Below, piece after piece: positions 15,990-27,585 of a DNA stretch of 62,933 nucleotides. Source of the DNA: Chloroflexota bacterium (lineage in GTDB: Bacteria > Chloroflexota > Dehalococcoidia > GIF9 > AB-539-J10); the NCBI GenBank assembly GCA_030611015.1, contig JAUWQP010000001.1, positions 1 to 62,933 on the forward strand, written 5' to 3'. Below the pieces are notes generated by a model. It ran no database searches and was not told the origin of the DNA. It worked only from the letters and a program-made list of their open reading frames with translations. The first letter of the stretch is position 1. Every line of letters starts with the position of its first letter. The position numbers and the translations under genes are program-made.

Positions 15990-17065
15990 TATCTTGCCTC
16001 CCGAATCAACTTAAATTGCCGGACGCTGGCTTCGTTTATTAGCCTTTGCTTAGCAATATCACAATAATTCTTGTCAATCTCAACGCCGATTCCTTTTCTA
16101 TTTGTCAAAACACAAGCGATTAAGGTTGAGCCACTTCCGAGAAAGGGATCAAGGACAGTATCGCCAACAAAAGCAAAAAGTTTTATACATCGTCTCGGTA
16201 ACTCCACAGGAAATGGCGCAGGATGCCCAATTCTCTTTTTACTCTCACCCATAAAATTCCACACACCATTTGTCCATTTCACGAACTCCTCTTTAGTAAT
16301 ATCAGATTTCCCGTTGTCCTTTATCTTCTTCCATCGATTTTTATAAAGAACAACGATGACTTCAACTGGAGCAATAACATAGGGGGCTGAAGCAGAAAGC
16401 CACGAACCCCAAGCAGTCCGTCTGGAAATATTTTGCTCATTCCAAACAATTGTCGCGTGATATTTCCACCCAACTTCTTTAGCAATTGTTGTGATGTCCG
16501 CACATACACTTTGTTGTCCGCCTTTGTTTTTGTCAAGAGGAATATTTAGACAAAATCTTCCATCTTCCTTCATTAACCTATAGCATTTACTAAGCCACTC
16601 TCTTGTGAAACACAAATAATCCTCGTAGGACATCTTATCGTCATGGGAACTATACTTAATGCCCACATTATACGGAGGAGAAGTAACAACTAAATCAACT
16701 GTCCCTTCTTCAATGTTGCCCATTTTCAGAAAATCGGCATTGTAAATTGATATTGACCCTTGTTGGAAATAAGCTTCAGCCTTGGATATAACCTCATAAA
16801 GAGCAAGGCCTTCGGTTACTGAAGGAACTTCAAGACGCTGGCTTTTCCTTAGAAATTTGTCAAGGTCTTTTTGTTTGAATCGTCTGTGCCCCGTCGAAGT
16901 TTTCTCCGGCGAAAGTAAGCCACGCTTTTCCATACGGTAAATAGTAGACCGACTTACCCCAAGATAGCAGGAGGCCTCGTTTGTGCTGTACATAGCCTTA
17001 TATTCCGTCATAACTGTCATCATAGTCCTTATCTTCCGCATTATTAGTATTGATATTTCTCCCAT
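15989..17065 (-). CDS. Beta-class N4-cytosine/N6-adenine DNA methyltransferase with N-terminal MerR/excisionase-type HTH
   Basis: 358 aa. HTH segment EASCYLGVSRSTIYRMEKRG. Motif IV TSPPY precedes motif I DPFLGSGST, which is the beta permutation. Confidence 0.8.
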   Translation of the reverse strand: MGEISILIMRKIRTMMTVMTEYKAMYSTNEASCYLGVSRSTIYRMEKRGLLSPEKTSTGHRRFKQKDLDKFLRKSQRLEVPSVTEGLALYEVISKAEAYFQQGSISIYNADFLKMGNIEEGTVDLVVTSPPYNVGIKYSSHDDKMSYEDYLCFTREWLSKCYRLMKEDGRFCLNIPLDKNKGGQQSVCADITTIAKEVGWKYHATIVWNEQNISRRTAWGSWLSASAPYVIAPVEVIVVLYKNRWKKIKDNGKSDITKEEFVKWTNGVWNFMGESKKRIGHPAPFPVELPRRCIKLFAFVGDTVLDPFLGSGSTLIACVLTNRKGIGVEIDKNYCDIAKQRLINEASVRQFKLIREAR

Positions 17066-17326
17066 TCACTCCCAGACTTCGTCTTCGGCGAGGTCTTCCT
17101 CCAAGCTTAATTCGTCGGCCTCGTCCTCCATATAATTGAAGGGACCTTCATGGCTGAAGGATTCTTTTCGGCATAAGAAGGGGCGAGAATAGAGCCTACT
17201 TATCTCAGCGCCGCATTCGGGGCATCTTTTCAGCGGTTCATCATTTATCCCTTGCCTGACCTCGAACTTATTCATACACAGCTTGCAGTGAGCACCGTTT
17301 TTTGATTTATATTCATAAATTGACAT
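17066..17326 (-). CDS. FmdB-family (CxxC_CxxC_SSSS) zinc-ribbon protein
   Basis: 86 aa: MSIYEYKS..CKLC..F.....D..LKRCPECG, followed by an acidic tail. Confidence 0.7.
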   Translation of the reverse strand: MSIYEYKSKNGAHCKLCMNKFEVRQGINDEPLKRCPECGAEISRLYSRPFLCRKESFSHEGPFNYMEDEADELSLEEDLAEDEVWE

Positions 17327-17370
17327 CGCACCCTCCCCTCATCCTCCCCCTTCGAGGAAGAGGAGACTCA

Positions 17371-20028
17371 TTATTTCCCGCAGCAATGCTTGTATTTCTT
17401 GCCTGAGCCGCACGGGCAGGGGTCATTCCGCCCAACCTTTTTGCCAACCGGAACCGCCTCCTGCTTCTTTTGTGGAGTTTCTTTGGCAATACCTACGTGG
17501 TAAATGCTATGGGCAACGTCATGCTGAATGCCAGCTAAGAGGGCTTCAAAAGAGGCATGACCTTCCCTCTTATACACCATCAGTGGCTGTTCGTGACCGA
17601 CAGCCCGCAGACCTATCCCCTGACGCAAATGCCCCATTTCAGTAAGGTGGTTCATCCATAACCGGTCAATAACTCTCAACATTACCAGTCGCTCGGCTAT
17701 GCGCATATTATCAGGACCCAGCTCCTGCTCCCGCTGGTTATAAAGCTCAATGGCATAATCAGTCAACTTTTTTGCGATTTGCTCGTCGTTGAGTTCGGAG
17801 AGCCCATCGCTTCTGAACTGCGGGGGCAGGGGGAAGATAGTGGATACATCCTCAAGTAAACTGGATAGGTTAGATTGCTCTTCACCCTCTCCTTCTTCCT
17901 CTCCCTTGAAGGGAGCGGAAAGGTGAGGGCTGCTGAGATGTCTGGCTACGAGACTTTGGATTTCGTCCTGAACCATAGATGTTATATTTGCTTTAAGGTC
18001 AGCGCCGCTGAGGATTTTTCTCCTCTCGGCGTAAATTACCTCGCGGTGCTTGTTAATAACATCGTCATATTCCACCAGGTGTTTACGGATACTGAAATTG
18101 TGTCCTTCGGTCTGGCCCTGGGCATTGGTCATAGCCTTATTGACTATGGGATGCTCAATCGGCGTGTCTTCTCCCATACCCGCCCACTGCATAAGTCCCT
18201 TAACACGGTCACCGCCAAAGCGGCGAACAATCTCGTCCTCTAAGGAAGCATAAAAACGAGAACTGCCCGGGTCTCCTTGTCTTCCTGCCCGTCCCCGGAG
18301 CTGATTATCAATGCGCCTGGCTTCGTGGTGCTCGGTACCTATGATGTGAAGTCCGCCCAGCTCAACCACCTCATTATGCTCCTCCCGCCATTCTACTTCA
18401 CCACGCTCCTCAGGGTTGCCCCCCAGGATAATATCCACACCCCGCCCAGCCATATTTGTGGCCACGGTTTCCGCTCCGAGCCGCCCGGCTTGAGCAATTA
18501 TGGCAGCCTCTTTTTCATGATGCTTGGCATTCAACACTTGATGGGGGACTCCATTTCTCCTCAGGAGGTCAGACAAATATTCTGATTTCTCAATGGAGGT
18601 TGTGCCGATAAGAATTGGCCTTCCCTGGTCGTGCAATTGCTTGATTTCTTTGGCTACGGCAGCAAACTTGGTTTTCTCGTCCTTGTAAATCTGGTCAGGG
18701 TGCTCCGTGCGCTTCAAGGGCTTGTTTGTGGGTATGACCACCACTTCCAACTTATAAATCTCGTGAAATTCCTCAGCTTCAGTGGCCGCAGTTCCAGTCA
18801 TGCCCGCCAGCTTTTGATACATACGGAAGTAGTTTTGAAAGGTAATGGTAGCCAAGGTATCTGATTCTCGCTGGATCTTTACCCTCTCTTTAGCCTCGAT
18901 GGCTTGATGCAGTCCCTCAGCATACCTCCTGCCACACATCAATCTGCCAGTGAATTCATCCCCGATGATGCCCTGTCCCTCCTTAACCACATAGTCCTTG
19001 TCCTTCTTGAACAAGGCACGAGCCTTAAGGGCACTCTCCAGATATGGAGTGAGCAGGCGATTAGACTCGTCATAAAGGTCAGGTGCTTTAAGCAAGCCTT
19101 CCTTCTTCAGCATCTTCTCCACCCTGGTCATGCCAGTCTCGGTAAAGTTGGCAGCACGCGTACGCTCATCAATAGAGTAATCCTCATCCTTTTTGAGATG
19201 TTCAACCAAATGGGCAAAGGTGTAATACCTCTTGGTTGCTTCCTCGGCAGCACCGCTAATGATGAGTGGCGTGCGGGCTTCATCAATCAGGATGTTATCA
19301 ACCTCATCAACAATGGCATAGTTCAAGGGACGTTGGACACATTGAGACAAATCCCAGACCATATTATCTCTGAGGTAATCGAAGCCAAACTCGTTATTGG
19401 TGCCGTAAGTTATATCCGCTCCATAAGCCTGACGGCGGGCTTCTTGAGGGTGATGGGGGGGGTAGGGAATAGTATGCAAATTTTTCCACTTCGGGTCTCC
19501 TGAATCAAGATCAGGATTATAAATATAAGATGGGAAGGGGTTATCGGGCGTTTGCATTGCAGTAATAGCTGCCACGCTTACACCCAGGGCGTGGTAAACA
19601 GGGCCCATCCAGTGGCAGTCCCGCCTGGCAAGATAGTCATTGACGGTAACCAGATGGCTGCCTTGTCCGGTAAGTGCATTGAGGTAGAGGGGCAAGGTAG
19701 CGACCAGGGTTTTCCCCTCACCAGTTTTCATCTCGGCTATCTTCCCCTGATGAAGGACGATTCCCCCCATTAACTGGACATCAAAATGCCGCTGTCTTAT
19801 GGTCCGCTTGGCTGCTTCTCTGACAGCAGCGTAAGCCTCCGGCAAAATCTCGTCCAGGTCTTCCCCATCGGTTAGCCGGGCCTTAAATTCGTCGGTTTTC
19901 GCCCGAAGCTCGTCGTCGGTGAGCTTTTCGAACTCAGGCTCCAACGAGTTTATTTGAGACACCAGAGGCTGAAGGCGTTTCAGTTCTTTCTCGTTGGAAT
20001 CAATCAGATTGCTAAGCCACTTAAGCAT
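17371..20028 (-). CDS. secA: Preprotein translocase ATPase SecA
   Basis: 885 aa. Walker [31 protein letters not shown], and the C-terminal zinc-binding tail [14 protein letters not shown]. Confidence 0.95.
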   Translation of the reverse strand: MLKWLSNLIDSNEKELKRLQPLVSQINSLEPEFEKLTDDELRAKTDEFKARLTDGEDLDEILPEAYAAVREAAKRTIRQRHFDVQLMGGIVLHQGKIAEMKTGEGKTLVATLPLYLNALTGQGSHLVTVNDYLARRDCHWMGPVYHALGVSVAAITAMQTPDNPFPSYIYNPDLDSGDPKWKNLHTIPYPPHHPQEARRQAYGADITYGTNNEFGFDYLRDNMVWDLSQCVQRPLNYAIVDEVDNILIDEARTPLIISGAAEEATKRYYTFAHLVEHLKKDEDYSIDERTRAANFTETGMTRVEKMLKKEGLLKAPDLYDESNRLLTPYLESALKARALFKKDKDYVVKEGQGIIGDEFTGRLMCGRRYAEGLHQAIEAKERVKIQRESDTLATITFQNYFRMYQKLAGMTGTAATEAEEFHEIYKLEVVVIPTNKPLKRTEHPDQIYKDEKTKFAAVAKEIKQLHDQGRPILIGTTSIEKSEYLSDLLRRNGVPHQVLNAKHHEKEAAIIAQAGRLGAETVATNMAGRGVDIILGGNPEERGEVEWREEHNEVVELGGLHIIGTEHHEARRIDNQLRGRAGRQGDPGSSRFYASLEDEIVRRFGGDRVKGLMQWAGMGEDTPIEHPIVNKAMTNAQGQTEGHNFSIRKHLVEYDDVINKHREVIYAERRKILSGADLKANITSMVQDEIQSLVARHLSSPHLSAPFKGEEEGEGEEQSNLSSLLEDVSTIFPLPPQFRSDGLSELNDEQIAKKLTDYAIELYNQREQELGPDNMRIAERLVMLRVIDRLWMNHLTEMGHLRQGIGLRAVGHEQPLMVYKREGHASFEALLAGIQHDVAHSIYHVGIAKETPQKKQEAVPVGKKVGRNDPCPCGSGKKYKHCCGK

Positions 20029-20077
20029 TTTCGGCTATCAGCCCTCAGCTTTTAGTTAGCTGCTGACTACTCCATTA

Positions 20078-21019
20078 TCACTCAAACATCGCCCCCACTG
20101 ATAAGCCGGTGTGAATGCGATGAATGGCTTCGCCGATAAGCGAAGCTATAGGCAAGACGGTGATCTTGTCCAGTTTCTTTTCGCCATTGACAGGTATGGT
20201 ATCGGTACCGACTACCTCTTTCACCGGGCTGGCGGCTATCCTCTGGATAGCGGGACCAGAGAAAACGGGGTGGGTGCAGCAGGCATAAACCTCAGTAACT
20301 CCATGTTCCAAAAGGGTATTCACCACCCCGACCAGAGACCCAGCGGTATCAATCTCATCATCAACCGTCAGGGCACGCATTCCCTCAACCTCGCCAATTA
20401 TGTTGAGGGTTTCAGTTGCATCGACATTTCCCAAGCGCCTCTTTTCAATGATAGCCAAGGGGGCTCCAAGTTTGGCAGCCATGTCGCGGGCTACCTTGGT
20501 AATACCAATATCAGTAGCAACCACTACCAGGTTATCCAGAGCCTTTTTCTTGAAATACTGAGCCAGGATGGGTCGAGTGGTGAGCTCATCCACAGGTATG
20601 GTGAAGAATCCTTGAATTTGTGGAGCGTGGAGGTCTACGGTGAGCAACCTATTAGCTCCAGCAGTAGTAATCAGGTCGGCAATCAAGCGAGCAGTGATAG
20701 GAACCCTGGGTTGGTCTTTTTTGTCAGTTCGGCTATAGCCATAATAGGGAACGACAGCGGTAATGCGCCCCGCTGAAGCTCGCCTGAAGGCATCGAGCAT
20801 GATAAGCAACTCGACCAGGCTTTTGTTAACTGGAGAGCAGATGGGCTGGATGACAAAAACGTCTCGTTCTCGGACATTCTCGAGGATGCGCACAAAAATA
20901 TTTTCATTACTAAACTCAAAGACCTCAACCTCCCCCAAGGGTATGCCCAAATAATCACACACAGCCATTGCTAAAGCGGGGTGAGCAGTGCCGCTGAACA
21001 CTTTTAATTCGTCCATCAT
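20078..21019 (-). CDS. prs: Ribose-phosphate pyrophosphokinase
   Basis: 313 aa with PYYGYSRTDKK, the DLHAPQIQGFF motif, and the PRPP-binding loop VDDEIDTAGS. Confidence 0.9.
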   Translation of the reverse strand: MMDELKVFSGTAHPALAMAVCDYLGIPLGEVEVFEFSNENIFVRILENVRERDVFVIQPICSPVNKSLVELLIMLDAFRRASAGRITAVVPYYGYSRTDKKDQPRVPITARLIADLITTAGANRLLTVDLHAPQIQGFFTIPVDELTTRPILAQYFKKKALDNLVVVATDIGITKVARDMAAKLGAPLAIIEKRRLGNVDATETLNIIGEVEGMRALTVDDEIDTAGSLVGVVNTLLEHGVTEVYACCTHPVFSGPAIQRIAASPVKEVVGTDTIPVNGEKKLDKITVLPIASLIGEAIHRIHTGLSVGAMFE

Positions 21020-21145
21020 TACCTCTTCGTTGTCTGAATACTAACTTGATTATAGCATGAAATCAGCGTTGTTTTCTGGGAAGGGTTAGCAAAAGCAAGT
21101 AGAGAAATTAATCCAAGTAAAGGAATTAAGCGGGGAAGAGATATC

Positions 21146-22402
21146 TCATGCCAGCCCAGGAATGGGAAACTGTTGACACATCTCCCGTACTTCTTGGCGG
21201 GCTTGTTCTTGGACACGCTTATCCCCCGAAGAAGAAAGCACTTTGCCAATGAGAGCAGCAATGCGCTTCATCTCTTCTGTGTCAAAACCTCTCGTGGTCA
21301 CCGCCGGGGTACCCAGCCTTATACCGCTGGTAATCTTTGGTGGCTTGGGGTCAAAAGGAATAGCGTTTCTATTGACCGAGATGCCCACTGCCCCTAGAGC
21401 TTCTTCAGCGACCTTGCCGCTTATCCCCTGAAGGGAAAGGGCAACAAGGACAAGGTGGTTGTCTGTGCCGCCAGAAACAATACGCAGCCCCTGTCTCTGA
21501 AGTTCAGAAGCCAGGACACGAGCATTCTTCAGCACCGACTTCTGGTAATCAACAAACTCGGGTTGCATAGCTTCAAAGAAGCACACGGCTTTGGCAGCGA
21601 TGATATGCATGGAAGGGCCACCCTGCATCCCGGGGAAAACTGCAGAATCAATGGTTGGGGCAAGTTCTTTATCACACAAAATAAAGCCACCTCTGGGTCC
21701 TCGCAAGGTCTTCTGCGTGGTGGCAGTACTAACTTGAGCATAGGGCACAGAAGAGGGATGAAGTCCGGCGGCTATTATTCCAGCTATGTGAGCCATGTCA
21801 GCCAATAACCTAGCACCCGCATTATCAGCTATATAGCGAAGCCTCTCAAAATCAATAATCCGAGAATAGCTGCTCGCCCCAGCTATTATCAGCTTAGGTT
21901 TATGCTCCAGAGCTAACCTCTCAATTTCATCGTAGTCGAGCATTTCGGTTTTGGGGTCAACACCGTAAGAGATAAAGTGATACCATTTTCCAGAGAAATT
22001 GACCTCAGCGCCATGGGTGAGATGCCCGCCATGGCGGAGACTCATCCCCATAACAGTATCTTCGTGTTCCAATAGAATTGAATAGGCGGCCATGTTGGCT
22101 TGACTGCCACTATGTGCCTGGACATTAGCATGTTCGGCTTTAAAGAGCTTCTTGGCCCTTTCAATAGCCAGATTTTCGATTTCGTCTATGTAAACACAAC
22201 CGCCATAATAACGATGCCCGGGGTATCCTTCAGCATATTTATCAGTTAGCAGAGAGCTTTGGGCTTCAAGTACTGCCCGGCTAGCATGGTTCTCGGAGGC
22301 AATGAGATTTATGGTGCTTGCTAGTCTCTCTGCCTCCAGGCTCAGGATTTGAGCTACTTCGCTATCACGTTGTGCCAAGGAAGATGCCTTCGCGGTTTTC
22401 AC
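21146..22402 (-). CDS. glyA: Serine hydroxymethyltransferase
   Basis: 418 aa with [20 protein letters not shown], and the PLP-lysine region [13 protein letters not shown] (a variant of [12 protein letters not shown]). Confidence 0.9.
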   Translation of the reverse strand: MKTAKASSLAQRDSEVAQILSLEAERLASTINLIASENHASRAVLEAQSSLLTDKYAEGYPGHRYYGGCVYIDEIENLAIERAKKLFKAEHANVQAHSGSQANMAAYSILLEHEDTVMGMSLRHGGHLTHGAEVNFSGKWYHFISYGVDPKTEMLDYDEIERLALEHKPKLIIAGASSYSRIIDFERLRYIADNAGARLLADMAHIAGIIAAGLHPSSVPYAQVSTATTQKTLRGPRGGFILCDKELAPTIDSAVFPGMQGGPSMHIIAAKAVCFFEAMQPEFVDYQKSVLKNARVLASELQRQGLRIVSGGTDNHLVLVALSLQGISGKVAEEALGAVGISVNRNAIPFDPKPPKITSGIRLGTPAVTTRGFDTEEMKRIAALIGKVLSSSGDKRVQEQARQEVREMCQQFPIPGLA

Positions 22403-22527
22403 ATTTGTACCGTAATAGTACTTAATATTTTATTTCTGGTCAATAACAAAATCCAATGAAAATAGATGCCAACAGGGGCTTTTTGCTTCTCCTGGTCTGT
22501 GGTTCATATGCTATCCCACTCGTGATC

Positions 22528-23889
22528 CTATGCACATGGTTTTCCTGTGGCTGACAATCGGGGAGGGCGTGTAAACATTATTAGCACTATGGCTAAGAGG
22601 GTGGCCACAATGAAAGCGATGAAGGCTGAGTTGTAGCTTCCGGTTGTATCGAATATGTAACCTGTGATATATGGGCCCGCTGCGAAGCCAAGTGACTGAA
22701 ATGCCCATAATCCGCCATAGATAGCCGCGAAAGAATCCAGACCAAAATACTCCCTCACTATCAGCGGTTCCAAAACGAACAAGCCGCCCATGGCCATACC
22801 AAAAATCGCTAGAAACGCAGGAACGCTGGCCTGCGTTTCTAGGAAAATAAGCACCAGCAGCCCGACCACCTGAAACATGAAGCACAGGGCAGCTATATAT
22901 TTCACTGGTACCCTGTCAGACAGATAGCCGGTGATTATCCTGCCTAGAACGCTGACCCCGATTGTACTGCCGAGGATGGTTGAAGCCACTTGGTTGCTAA
23001 ATCCTTGCCCCACAAAGAAAGGCACGGCATGGGCGAGTACCGAAGCAGTGCCCACAAAAACCATCATAAAGCTTATGGTGAGAATCCAGAGAGTTGATGT
23101 CTGCAAAGCCTTGGGAAGAGTCCATCTTGGTATTTGGATATTGCTGGCAGGCATAGGCGTCCTTTGATGTTTTTCTTGGACAGTGTGCTTTTCACCATCA
23201 GGCAACATACCAATATCACCTGGATTATTCTTGATGACCAGTGCTATGAGCGGGACAAGGACAAAGCAAATTGTCACGCCAAGGATATGGTATGTCCACC
23301 GCCAGTCCAGCAAGGATATAAGATATGCCGTTAATGGCAGCATGACCATGCCTCCCAGCCCATATCCAGCCACCGAGATTCCTATGGCGAGACCTTTCCT
23401 CTTTTCGAACCAGTGGGATACCAGGGTTAATACAGGAATGCTTAAGATAGCCATCTGTCCGGCAGCCGCGACAAAATACAGAGCGTAGAAATAATAAATG
23501 GAGAATGTAAAACCCAAGCAGGCAAAGGAGATGCCCATGAGAAGAGCTCCCAGGACCATTATTCTTTTGGCACCGTATCTATTTACCCACGTCCCCAATA
23601 ACGGACCTATAAGGCCTACCAAACTCATTATGGACATGCTCAGTGATATCTGCGCTCTGTTCCATCCAAACTCATTTATCAGCGGAGTAAAGAAAGCTCC
23701 AAAACTGTAAAAGCCTATCCCACCAGACAGCAGCAAGGTAATAACCGAAACTACTACTATCCACCATCCATAGAAGGGCTTAAATGTTCTTGGCACAGAA
23801 TACTCCTGGTCCTTATTATACATTTTGAAGCTAATAATTGGTAACATCCTTCGTGGCGGTCTTGAAGTGATGTTAATCTTAGGTAGCAT
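22528..23889 (-). CDS. MFS transporter (oxalate/formate-antiporter-like)
   Basis: About 12 predicted hydrophobic spans. The true start is probably internal (MYNKDQ..), since the first ~22 aa look non-native. Confidence 0.7.
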   Translation of the reverse strand: MLPKINITSRPPRRMLPIISFKMYNKDQEYSVPRTFKPFYGWWIVVVSVITLLLSGGIGFYSFGAFFTPLINEFGWNRAQISLSMSIMSLVGLIGPLLGTWVNRYGAKRIMVLGALLMGISFACLGFTFSIYYFYALYFVAAAGQMAILSIPVLTLVSHWFEKRKGLAIGISVAGYGLGGMVMLPLTAYLISLLDWRWTYHILGVTICFVLVPLIALVIKNNPGDIGMLPDGEKHTVQEKHQRTPMPASNIQIPRWTLPKALQTSTLWILTISFMMVFVGTASVLAHAVPFFVGQGFSNQVASTILGSTIGVSVLGRIITGYLSDRVPVKYIAALCFMFQVVGLLVLIFLETQASVPAFLAIFGMAMGGLFVLEPLIVREYFGLDSFAAIYGGLWAFQSLGFAAGPYITGYIFDTTGSYNSAFIAFIVATLLAIVLIMFTRPPRLSATGKPCA

Positions 23890-23980
23890 GTCAAAGAGCT
23901 GGCATTTCCCCGAGATTTTCTTCTTCCATCCTCCTTGACCAGCACTATGCCCACCGTGTCAGAACTAATCACCATTAACA

Positions 23981-24009
23981 TTGACAGAATGTGTTTGTAG
24001 TGATAAATT
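23981..24009 (+). promoter_or_regulatory. Sigma-70-type promoter of the hrcA-grpE-dnaK operon
   Basis: TTGACA (23981-23986), 17 nt, TAAATT (24004-24009), immediately upstream of CIRCE. Confidence 0.5.
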
Positions 24010-24016
24010 AATTTAG

Positions 24017-24043
24017 TTAGCAATTAAAAGGGAAGAGTGCTAA
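24017..24043 (+). promoter_or_regulatory. CIRCE operator (HrcA binding site)
   Basis: TTAGCAATT-N9-GAGTGCTAA against the consensus TTAGCACTC-N9-GAGTGCTAA (right arm 9/9, left arm 7/9). It abuts the hrcA ATG. Confidence 0.8.
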
Positions 24044-25060
24044 ATGGACGTAAGGGAAAGAAGAGAAACTGTTCTCAGGGTGATAATTGAAGATTACATC
24101 ACTGGAACGGTACCAGTAGCTTCAAAGGCCATTGTGGAAAAGTACGGCTTGAAGGTAAGCCCGGCTACCATCCGCAACGATACAGTATATCTGGAACGAG
24201 AAGGATATATTATCCACCCTCACCATTCAGCCGGAAGTGTACCAACTGATAAGGCTTACCGCTATTATGTGGAATCAATAGGGGAAGAAATTGAACTTTC
24301 CCCTGCTGAGCAGCATCTAATTCATCAAATATCCCAGGAGGCAAAAGAGGAGCTAGAGCAATGGCTAAAGACGGTGGCAGCGCTTCTGGCACGCCTTGTT
24401 CACAACCTGGTTGTGATAACCACTCCTAAGGCAACACGCTGTCGCTTCAAGCATCTCGATTTGGTAGCCTTGCAGGATTTCATGGCTTTGCTGGTCGTAG
24501 TTTTGTATGAAGCAAAAGTTAGACGGCAGGTCCTGTCTTTCAATAGAAAGGTTAGCCAGGATGAGCTAACTAAGCTAGCTAATAAGCTTACTTTCTTTTA
24601 TGCCGGGATGACCAGCAGCGAGATCCTGGCTAAAAAAGAAGGCCTCTCTCCTGAAGAAAGTCAAATATCTGAATGTTTAGTAGCAATGATAGCGGCCGAA
24701 GACAAGCTAGAATATGGTGAACCTTATCTTGAAGGACTACGTTTGCTGCTAAGCCAACCAGAGTTTACCAACAGTCCTAGAATGCTCAGTATCTTAGAAG
24801 TGCTGGAAGGTGAGGATTGGCTTAGAAATATATTTTGTCAGGAATTTAGCAAAAGGGGGATGAAAGTAGTCATTGGTGGAGAAAACCCAGAGCCAGCATT
24901 ACAGGACTTGAGTTTGATAGCCAGCAAGTATGGAGTACCTGATAAGGCCAGTGGTATTGTGGGAGTGATTGGCCCAAAGCGAATGGACTACGCCAAGACT
25001 ATCTCCTCACTCACCTGCTTCTCAACATTGCTAAGCAACTCAGTGGTTGAATATACTTGA
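24044..25060 (+). CDS. hrcA: Heat-inducible transcription repressor HrcA
   Basis: 338 aa with the N-terminal winged-helix pattern (RERRETVLRVIIEDYI..PVASKAIV...SPATIRND). CIRCE lies upstream and grpE-dnaK downstream. Confidence 0.9.
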   Translation: MDVRERRETVLRVIIEDYITGTVPVASKAIVEKYGLKVSPATIRNDTVYLEREGYIIHPHHSAGSVPTDKAYRYYVESIGEEIELSPAEQHLIHQISQEAKEELEQWLKTVAALLARLVHNLVVITTPKATRCRFKHLDLVALQDFMALLVVVLYEAKVRRQVLSFNRKVSQDELTKLANKLTFFYAGMTSSEILAKKEGLSPEESQISECLVAMIAAEDKLEYGEPYLEGLRLLLSQPEFTNSPRMLSILEVLEGEDWLRNIFCQEFSKRGMKVVIGGENPEPALQDLSLIASKYGVPDKASGIVGVIGPKRMDYAKTISSLTCFSTLLSNSVVEYT

Positions 25061-25640
25061 AGGAGGGCTACTGTTGGCTGAGAATGACAAGGCAGTTGAA
25101 GCAGAAATTGAACAAGTTGAGGATATAGAGACGTTACAACAAGCTCTAGCTGAGGAGAAGGAAAAGGCAGAAAAATATTTGGCCAATTGGCAAAGATGCC
25201 AGGCGGATTTTGTTAATTATAAACAACGTGCTGCGCAAGAAAAAGGGGAGGTTATTGAGTTTGCCAATAGCATGCTTATCTGTAACCTGCTGCCTGTCAT
25301 AGATGACTTGGAGAGAGCTTTTGCTTCAGTTCCTGCTGAGCTCAATAAATCAAACTGGACTGAAGGTATCAAGCTCATTTATAATAAACTCAAGACAACT
25401 CTGGAGACACAAGGACTAACCGAGATTAAAGCTCGGGGAGAGCCCTTTGATCCTCGCTTGCATGAAGCTGTAATGCAGCAGGAAGGGGAGGAGGGGATGG
25501 TTGTTGAGGAAACACAAAAAGGCTATAAATTTAAAGAAAGGGTAATTCGTCCTAGCCTCGTGATAGTTGGTAAGGGAAATGAAAGAGAAACAACAGAGCA
25601 AACAACTCCGAAGGAGGAGCGAAAATGGGAAGAGCAATAG
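25047..25640 (+). CDS. grpE: Nucleotide exchange factor GrpE
   Basis: GrpE pattern ([32 protein letters not shown]). The true start may be the TTG near 25073, after AGGAGGG. Confidence 0.9.
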   Translation: MNILEGGLLLAENDKAVEAEIEQVEDIETLQQALAEEKEKAEKYLANWQRCQADFVNYKQRAAQEKGEVIEFANSMLICNLLPVIDDLERAFASVPAELNKSNWTEGIKLIYNKLKTTLETQGLTEIKARGEPFDPRLHEAVMQQEGEEGMVVEETQKGYKFKERVIRPSLVIVGKGNERETTEQTTPKEERKWEEQ

Positions 25641-27520
25641 GAATTGATTTAGGTACTACATTAAGCGCAGCAGCGGTGATAGAGGGAGGCGACCCTAAGA
25701 TCATACCCAGTGCTGAAGGCGGCAATCTCGTTCCTTCAATGGTAGCGATAGGTAAAGGTGGGGAAAGATTGGTAGGAGAGTTAGCCAAGCGCCAGGCAAT
25801 AGTCAACCCTGAGAATACTATATTCAGCATAAAGCGCCTTATCGGGCGTAAATTTAAGACCTCCACTATTCAGAACGATATGAAGCGCCTACCATATAAG
25901 ATTACCGGGGTTCCCAATGGCGATTGCCGGGTGGTAATGGGGGGTAAGGAGTACAGTCCCCAGGAAATATCAGCCATGATATTGCAGAAGTTGAAGGCTG
26001 ATGCTGAGGCTTATCTTGGAGAGGAAGTCACCGATGCTGCGATCACCGTGCCAGCCTATTTCAACGATAGCCAGCGAAATGCCACCAAAGATGCCGGTAC
26101 CATAGCCGGACTTAACGTCTTGCGTATTATTAACGAGCCTACAGCATCCTCACTGGCTTATGGTTTGGATAAGAAAAAAGAGGAAACTATTGCCGTCTAC
26201 GACCTTGGTGGTGGCACTTTCGATATTTCCATCCTTGACATAGGTGAGGGTACCTTCCAGGTTAAGTCAACCAATGGCGATACCCACCTCGGTGGTGATG
26301 ATATCGACCAGAGAATTATGGATTGGGTATGTGATGAATTCAAGAAGGAGCAAGGCATCGACCTGAGGCAGGACAAGATGGCATTACAGCGATTAAGAGA
26401 TGCCAGTGAAAAGGCGAAGAAGGAGCTATCCACGGTAGTGCAGACAGAGATAAGCCTCCCCTTTATTACTGCCGATGCCAGCGGGCCCAAGCATCTTAGC
26501 ATGACATTAACTCGAGCCAAGCTGGAACAACTATCCGCTGATTTGATAGAAAAGAGCCTTGGCCCTTGCCGACAGGCGCTGAAGGATGCCGGGCTCACAA
26601 CAAACCAAATCAATAATGTAATTCTTGTCGGTGGTCAGACAAGGATGCCCAAAGTTCAGGATACCTTAAAGCAGTTCTTTGGCCGGGAGCCGGTCAAGGG
26701 GGTCAATCCCGATGAGGCAGTAGCTTTGGGTGCTGCCATTCAGGCTGGGGTGCTTAAGGGTGAAGTAGGAGAAGTCGTCCTTCTCGATGTCACTCCACTC
26801 ACTCTGGGAATAGAGACGCTGGGAGGAGTAGCGACACCGCTTATTTCTCGTAACACTACTATACCCACACAGAAGAGCCAGATTTTCAGCACTGCCAGTA
26901 ACAACCAGCCAAGCGTTGAAATACACGTTCTTCAAGGAGAACGGCCCATGGCTGCCGACAACCGAACATTGGGACGATTTATGCTCGATGGCATCCTGCC
27001 GGCGCCACGGGGTATGCCCCAGATTGAGGTGAATTTCGATATAGATGCCAATGGCATTCTTAATGTTAGCGCTCTTGATAAGGGCACAGGGAAAGAACAA
27101 AAAATTACCATTACTGCCTCCAGCGGATTGGGTAAAGAGGAAGTGGAGAAGATGAGGCGGGAGGCTGAGCAACATGCTGCTGAGGATGCTAAACGTAAAG
27201 ATGAAGTAGAGGTGCGCAATTCTGCCGACAGCCTGGCTTACACCGCAGAAAAAACTCTCCGTGACCACGGAGATAAGATACCCGCCGATGTAAAACAGGA
27301 CATAGATGGCAAGATAGCCAGTGTGAAGTCGGCTCTTCAAGGACAGGACGTAAACGCCATTCGTAATGCTATGCAGGAGCTATCGCAGGTCATGCAGAAG
27401 GTTGGGGCATCGGTGTACCAGCAACCAGAACAGCCGCCACCTGGCGAACAAGGAGCTGGTGAACAGGGACCTGGCGGTGAAGACGACGGCACGGTGGAAG
27501 GGAAGTTCCGCGAGGTCTAA
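25625..27520 (+). CDS. dnaK: Chaperone DnaK (Hsp70)
   Basis: 631 aa with [16 protein letters not shown] and [11 protein letters not shown]. Confidence 0.95.
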   Translation: MGRAIGIDLGTTLSAAAVIEGGDPKIIPSAEGGNLVPSMVAIGKGGERLVGELAKRQAIVNPENTIFSIKRLIGRKFKTSTIQNDMKRLPYKITGVPNGDCRVVMGGKEYSPQEISAMILQKLKADAEAYLGEEVTDAAITVPAYFNDSQRNATKDAGTIAGLNVLRIINEPTASSLAYGLDKKKEETIAVYDLGGGTFDISILDIGEGTFQVKSTNGDTHLGGDDIDQRIMDWVCDEFKKEQGIDLRQDKMALQRLRDASEKAKKELSTVVQTEISLPFITADASGPKHLSMTLTRAKLEQLSADLIEKSLGPCRQALKDAGLTTNQINNVILVGGQTRMPKVQDTLKQFFGREPVKGVNPDEAVALGAAIQAGVLKGEVGEVVLLDVTPLTLGIETLGGVATPLISRNTTIPTQKSQIFSTASNNQPSVEIHVLQGERPMAADNRTLGRFMLDGILPAPRGMPQIEVNFDIDANGILNVSALDKGTGKEQKITITASSGLGKEEVEKMRREAEQHAAEDAKRKDEVEVRNSADSLAYTAEKTLRDHGDKIPADVKQDIDGKIASVKSALQGQDVNAIRNAMQELSQVMQKVGASVYQQPEQPPPGEQGAGEQGPGGEDDGTVEGKFREV

Positions 27521-27585
27521 ACAATAAATATTAGCACCTAGTTCCCGGAAATTGGCGACGCGAAATCGCATTTCTCCCAAGGAGC

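Noticed and set aside
21019-21261. 80-aa minus-strand ORF spanning the prs-glyA spacer and the 3-prime end of glyA.
   Set aside because: It overlaps the end of glyA out of frame. The spacer instead contains an extended -10-like element (TGCTATAAT on the minus strand, about 21049-21057) for prs.
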